DNA of 63,975 nucleotides, counting the filler, from Collodictyon triciliatum (lineage: Eukaryota): NCBI GenBank assembly GCA_043381765.1. It is 4 parts of 4 records of this genome, joined end to end, with 100 filler letters (N's around TTAATTAATTAA, not from the genome) between each part and the next. Parts side by side here need not be neighbours in the genome. Positions count along the whole stretch, not along the records: positions 49,888 to 60,945 come from JBHJMP010001036.1; positions 61,046 to 63,975 come from JBHJMP010001204.1; 2 more parts are not named here. One strand, written 5' to 3'. The notes below the pieces were generated by a model. The model was not told the origin of the DNA and ran no database searches. It saw only the letters and a list, made by a program, of their open reading frames with translations. The translations under genes were made by a program, and so were the position numbers. Shown here one piece after another: positions 55,099 through 63,975 of this stretch (positions within the stretch are counted from its first letter, which is position 1; every line of letters begins with the position of its first letter).

Positions 55099-55586
55099 GG
55101 CGAAGGCTGCTCGGTCATTTGTTTGGATTGTTATATTCGTTAGTATGATTGGATGTTCTTCAGGCAAAGAAAAAAAAGGGGGGGATTGCGTTTGTGATCG
55201 GAGCAGACCTTTCTTCCCTTTTTTTTTTCTCTCTCTCTCTCTTATGTGATTTGCGCTTCGCCAATTGCTTCTGTTTTGTTTTGTTTTGTTTTGTTTTGTT
55301 TTGTTTTGTTTTGTTTTGTTTTGGGCCTTACACACACTTTCCAGTCGCTTTTATAAATGTTGGTGTCTTGTGTTTTTGTTACTGATTTGTGGTGTTTGTT
55401 TGTGGTCTATAGCAGGATGCCTTTGATACGAAAAAAAAAATATAGAAAAAAGGAGAAAAAAACAAAGAAAAGAAGAAACGGGAGTGTGTTTGTTTTGTAA
55501 AGTCACAATAAGTGAATCACTGTCGATCAGCGGCCGCGGCAAAACTGACCCACGTCTCGCCCAGCGCCAAACCCCGAAGCACGCAG

Positions 55587-58549
<2,963 letters not shown>

Positions 58550-59710
58550 ATTTGGTCGCATGAGTTTGTGGAAAGCCAAAGAGACAACCGGCTGAAAAAA
58601 TGACGCCGAAAAGGAGGTGCCATACCAATAAAGACCTTTGTTCCCACCAATAACCACATTGCGAAGGTGGGCAAAAACTAAGAAGACATAGTTTTTTCGC
58701 CTGTTTTTCTTCTCTAACTTTCCCTTTAGGAGTATGTGACTATTAACAAACAGTACAGGAAAATATTCAATTTTTTTTTTAATTTTTTGTGAATGGAGGA
58801 CATGCATGTCTTTGTGTGCATCCATGCTTTATCAAAGAAACAATTCCACCAGCCGGTGGCTCAAAATCAGACTATCAAAAAAGATTTAGTTTTGTGCAAA
58901 CACTTTGTTGGTAAGAACCAGTAAACGGGATTCAAATGAGTTCTTCGTCCAAAGAAGAAAAAAAAAAAAGAAAAAGAAATTGGTTATACCCATTTAATCA
59001 ACTTTTCGTTCTTATTTTTGGCCTCTGTTATTTATCGTATCAAAACCATCCGGGGCCTTTGAACATCATCTCAACTAAATGGTCAACTTTGGTATCGTGC
59101 TCCGCTATATCCAAGGAGTATGTTTCGTGAATCCTCTACCCCGACCACGACCACTTTATGCTTAGGTTTGCTTTACTTTCCCCGTTGGCGCCTCTTCAGC
59201 TTTTTCTTGGGTGCCCTTTCTCCGATGTAAAGCAGCACACAGAAATACATGGTCGAGAACGAGAGGTGTTGGTTGGATTGCAGAGACCAGCAAACAGCAA
59301 ACTCTGGGCACAGCCAACTTGAGTGGTAGAATAGATTCGCCTGCGAAACGGACTAGAAAAAAGGCGACTTTTTTTTTTTTTTTTTTTTACGAACTAATTG
59401 TAGGGTAGTTTCTGCCGCTTCATCAACACCTGCCGAATAAATCGCCTCCTTTGGGCAGGATCGACTCTGATTTACACAAACACAAACACAAACACTTTAG
59501 GTGAGTCCGACTCAGAGATGTGGTTTTTGTGGTTTCTTTGACATGCCTATTTAGTTTTAAATATAATGCATTCCTTTTAGCAATTGGAGTTTTTCTTTTT
59601 CGCTCTTTTTCTGTGACTTCCTTCCCGCCCTTCGTTATCATATCTCTTTCCTCATGATTTGTCCGATTCTACGCCCCGTTCTAGTTCTTTTCATATCAGA
59701 AGAATATCTA

Positions 59711-59915
59711 ATGGAAGAACAAGGTAAACAGAAACGGTTGAAACTTGGCGAATGCAGTGAAGGTTCTTAGCAAATTACATATGTATCTTGCATTTATTGT
59801 TTATCTTAATCAACCATATTCGTCTTTTTCATACACTAGTATATACTCCGATGTAAAATCGATAATATACATAATATATCATCAACATCAACATTGACAC
59901 AACTCCAACATTAAC

Positions 59916-60010
<95 letters not shown>

Positions 60011-60863
60011 GCAAACCATATATAAACGCAAAATATCACGATTAGTTCAAAAATAACAAATATTCCTTGATTAGAAAGAGGGGATTCTGAATGGCATAGC
60101 TTGATTCGACGTCTTCCAGACACACTGAAGGAACACCTAAATGAGGTTATCACTTGGTTATTTTGCAACCGCTTTTGTACTTGATTATAATTTTTCATTA
60201 GGTCAATTTGTAAATTAATGGAAGGTAAGGTTCGCAAGCAAAGTTCCTGAAATACAAATACTTTATATAGGACTACTTTAGCTTCTATTGGTGCAATCAC
60301 AGGTAATTAATATAAAGATATTGCATCTGCCAAAGGCAGCGCGCTGGAAAAAATATTACGTGTAGTTGTTGGTGATGTATTTCCTTTTTTTTTAAAAAAA
60401 AAAACGTGGAACGGCTGATGCCCTTGTTTTCGCTTATTTACTTTTTCTAATGTAATATAATCAGGTTAATCAGAAATGACCCGGATGAATCACGCTTAGT
60501 GACGGAAAATCACGAAAAGAAAGAAGAGGAGCTGGTCGAAAAGTATCAAAAAGATTGTCCGCGTAACATAACAAGCACTGTCCAACTAGCCGTTGCTGCC
60601 ATAGCTGGTGTTCCTCACTCTTACATATCCGAAATGTGGGTTTATTACGAGGTAAATAGAACAATATCAGGAAATGGAAAAATAGGCCAATAGGTTACCA
60701 AGGAACATTTGTACTCATGTCGTGTTAAAGCGGTTAGATAACCAATGGCTGTAAATTTGGTTTTTTATATTGGTTTAGATTGACTTACCAGGACATGAAA
60801 AGGATTTTATCACAGAAGATTTATGGCTCCGTTATGATAATATATTGTTCTCTTTACCTTCAA
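59711..60863 (+). CDS. Uncharacterised multi-exon gene, truncated by gap
   Basis: ATG GAA GAA CAA G|GTAAAC, then AG/GT-bounded exons (DSEWHSLIRRLP.., KYQKDCPRNITSTVQLAVAAIAGVPHSYISEMWVYYE, IDLPGHEKDF..). Confidence 0.55.
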
Positions 60864-61079
60864 GTGTCAGGTGTTTTATTACAGTTAAAAAAATTCTTCG
60901 TAACTTATTCAAACATGATGACGAACACACCTTGTTCTCTCTTTTNNNNNNNNNNNNNNNNNNNNNNNNNNNNNNNNNNNNNNNNNNNNTTAATTAATTA
61001 ANNNNNNNNNNNNNNNNNNNNNNNNNNNNNNNNNNNNNNNNNNNNAAAAATTTAATAAAAAACAAAAAAAAAAAAAATT

Positions 61080-61116
<37 letters not shown>

Positions 61117-61140
61117 AAAGATATGTTTCAATAGTCTATA

Positions 61141-63631
61141 ACTACGTTATAGTCTCTAAGGACGGAGTTATGTCAGAAACTAGGATTTGGTAAGTGGTGA
61201 TAACGACATCAAATTTCGCCAGGTGCTCACACTCACGGATACGAGTTCTTTTATAATGAATTTTTTTTTTAAAAAATAAATTCAGTAATCATCCTTTACA
61301 TGGTGCAATCGATGCAGATAAGTTCTTACCCTCCATGGTATATGTAAACCTTCAGAGATGACTCCTTTGTAACATTTTTAATTTCTAATTCCCACTGATG
61401 GACCATGGAGAGTGGGCATACAACAAGTGTTGCGGAACAAGGTGTCAAATCTGCTCAAAAGAATGCGTTAATCATAATTTCCTGATAAATTTACAATTTT
61501 TTAATCCATATTGGAGGAAGAGAGTACATATTATGATTTTAAGAAATTGAATGTGATAACCTACCATTTTCTTTTTGATGAATTGATGAAACACCACGAT
61601 TGGACAAAATTAAGCCTATCATTTGAACTGTCTTACCAAGTCCCTTAGGAAGATATTGACGTAAAATAATTCAATAAATATGCGCAAAATATTGACGAAA
61701 CATGCTATTCTATTATTACATATGGTTTTTTACCTGCTCATCGGCTAGAATCCCACCGAAAGGATAAATTATTCGTGGAATTTTCACTCCAATGGAAGAG
61801 AATTGGCCGAACTGATATAGAAAAGAGTTTTATTGTTCAAGAATGTGCAAATACAGGGAAACGGATCCTGCAGTGATTGTTAAAGCATTTTCTGTTTGTC
61901 ATTTCATAAATGACAACATACGGCCGATGAATTGTCTTGATCTGTACTAGAGATTACGTTCCCACATCTTTCTCTTGTCTTTCTGAGCATAATTGAGAAA
62001 TAAAATTATGACGATTTGATATATAAATGAATATTATTAAGGGTGCATTAAAAAAAAACATGCTCTCAAAGTGGTATTGATAAGATCATGAAAGTTCCTA
62101 ACAGCCAATTGATTCCCTTTATCTGGTAATCATGAAGAGGAAGTATAATCTCATCTGGTACCACCAAATCCTTCTGTGATGAGAAATACTACATCTTACT
62201 TTAATCATCATGGTATGAAATTAAAACAGTGAAAATAGGAAATGGGTTTTCCAGGCTTACATTTTCGGAATGTGTGGGCTTTTGGTTTGATTCTAGCACA
62301 CCACCCGTAGAAAATGTAATATCCGATATTCTATTATGAACATTTTGTTTAACAATACGTCTAGTTTCATTTTTTTTGATTCATATGTATGGTGTGAATC
62401 TATTCGGTGATTATTTCTGAAATGAATATCATGGAGACATTTTTATGATATCATAATTGCTGGTGTAATTTTTATTTTAAGCTTTAGATTTTATATAAGA
62501 CATAAGCAAGTCACATAAATAATTCATTTGACTCAATATTAATAAAAAAAAATGAACATAACAGAAAAATATTTTTGCTTACGAAGCAGCTGGGATGATG
62601 GCGGAATGACCAAATCTGTTATGATAATCAAACTTTGTCAATTTGCCCTTGGACAAACTGGTAGTGTTGAAGTACACCGAGGTTGAATTTATTTTCTTTA
62701 TTGACTCATGAATATCTAAGTTTGGTTTCAAAAGGATGGCTAGGTAGATTGTCATAGTTAAACTTTAACACGATGGAAATAAACACCGATAATATGATAG
62801 TACTAATGGATATATGGATTCTCACTCCCGGGAGTCCCTGAATTTTCGAAATGGCGCGACTGATCTTTACTTGGCCTTAAAAAGGCACCACTCGTCATTA
62901 CTGTACGGCGTTCATAGTGACAAAATAAAAAAATTGTTAGAAAAATAATAAGCCATAAAAAGTTTTTCGTAAAAGTTTGTCATTAAAAGGAAAAAAAGGT
63001 GGATGTGATAAAGGCAAGCCTAAAAGAATATTTTTTATAACAAAATAATTCATGACATACATTCTGTCAATTTTGTTGAAGTCGATTCATATTTGCGCTT
63101 TGTGTAGGCTTGGTACGTTGCCGATGCTGAAGAAAGCGACAAGGATGATAAAGAGCCCGGCGATTGTGACGATTGTGTTGGCAATGAATGATACTTGGGT
63201 GTTGTTGTTAGAGATGATAAAGAAATAACAGTTTGAGGTAAAGGCGGTGTCGTTGGATGTGCAAGAGGAAGCGCGTATGCAGGCATCTTGGGAGGGTTCA
63301 CATCCTTTTTGTTGGCTAGGTCGATGGCAGTTCTGCTTGCTGTGAGATTGGCTGAGAGAGAAGATAGGCTGATGGGTGCTGTGGCTTTGACTGGGTTTGC
63401 GGTGGACCCAATCATAGAGTCGGAGTGGACAGATGATGGTGTGGACTGGAAAAATGTCTGATCGTGATGAACAACGAGGGGCGTTTGCATGATCTCTGTT
63501 CTTGGGTTTGTCGGCTGACTCATTAAGTCTGTCAGAGATTTCATCTCTTTGTGGACGTTGTTAGCCGGTTTAATCATGAGGCTGCTCAAGGAAAACGGCG
63601 TTTTGGTGCTCTCGGTGTTGTTTGGGTACAT
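61141..63631 (-). CDS. SNF2-family ATPase, RAD5/RAD16-like (3' part lost in gap)
   Basis: Spliced: LPLHDYQIKGINWLKTRE..GGILADEQGLGKTVQMIGLI..TLVVCPLSMVHQWELEI..LKVYIYHG..DVVITTY; S/T/P-rich first exon. Confidence 0.9.
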
Positions 63632-63881
63632 GGCGCATCGGTTTCGGAATTCCTTTTGATTGCGGATAGAAAAAAATGAATGAAAAGGATTATTATTGCA
63701 GATGAGAATTCGACTTGATTTCATACGTTGCGACTCGATGCAATTATCAAGAGAGATTATTTAAGCATCTATTTTGATTTTATTTCCTTTTTCATTAAAT
63801 GTCTCAATTTTCTTTTCTTTCTCTGCGATAAATATTTGGCCAATAATTATGTGGCGAGTTCATCCCCATCAAAATCTGTTT

Positions 63882-63975
63882 TTTTGTTTTGTTTTGTTTT
63901 GTTTTGTTTTGTTTTGTTTTGTTTTGTTTTGTTTTGTTTTGTTTTGTTTTGTTTTGTTTTGTTTTGTTTTGTTTT
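63882..63975. repeat. (TTTTG)n microsatellite
   Basis: Directly visible. Confidence 0.95.

Overview
This is eukaryotic nuclear DNA from a compact, very intron-dense genome, most likely a unicellular flagellated protist (NME7 is present, and TAA, TAG and TGA all act as stops). The window is a scaffold with four gaps; three carry the artificial N50-TTAATTAATTAA-N50 linker. Most short ORFs in the track are exon fragments or microsatellite read-throughs. By splicing manually I reconstructed about 17 genes: the 3' end of a gene ending CDGDVCSL, a long helical protein with a PTS1-like end (PEX8 candidate), NME7, DDX3/Ded1, a CyaB-like class III adenylate cyclase, a transmembrane class I phosphodiesterase, a TPR/WD40 protein, an orphan ORF, CDC23/APC8, sterol C24-methyltransferase, RAMP4/SERP1, a PX-PH-PH-B-box protein, COG4, a REXO1/5-like exonuclease, DDX47, an unknown gene and a RAD5/16-type SNF2 helicase, plus one tRNA-Leu(AAG). 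The most notable observations are: two clear minor-spliceosome (U12) introns, one of them AT-AC; very short A-tailed intronic insertions flanked by 11-18 bp duplications that all begin ATCA; a head-to-head cyclase/phosphodiesterase pair; and sharp GC and intron-density mosaicism. Exon boundaries and family calls come from reading and motif recall only, with no database searches.
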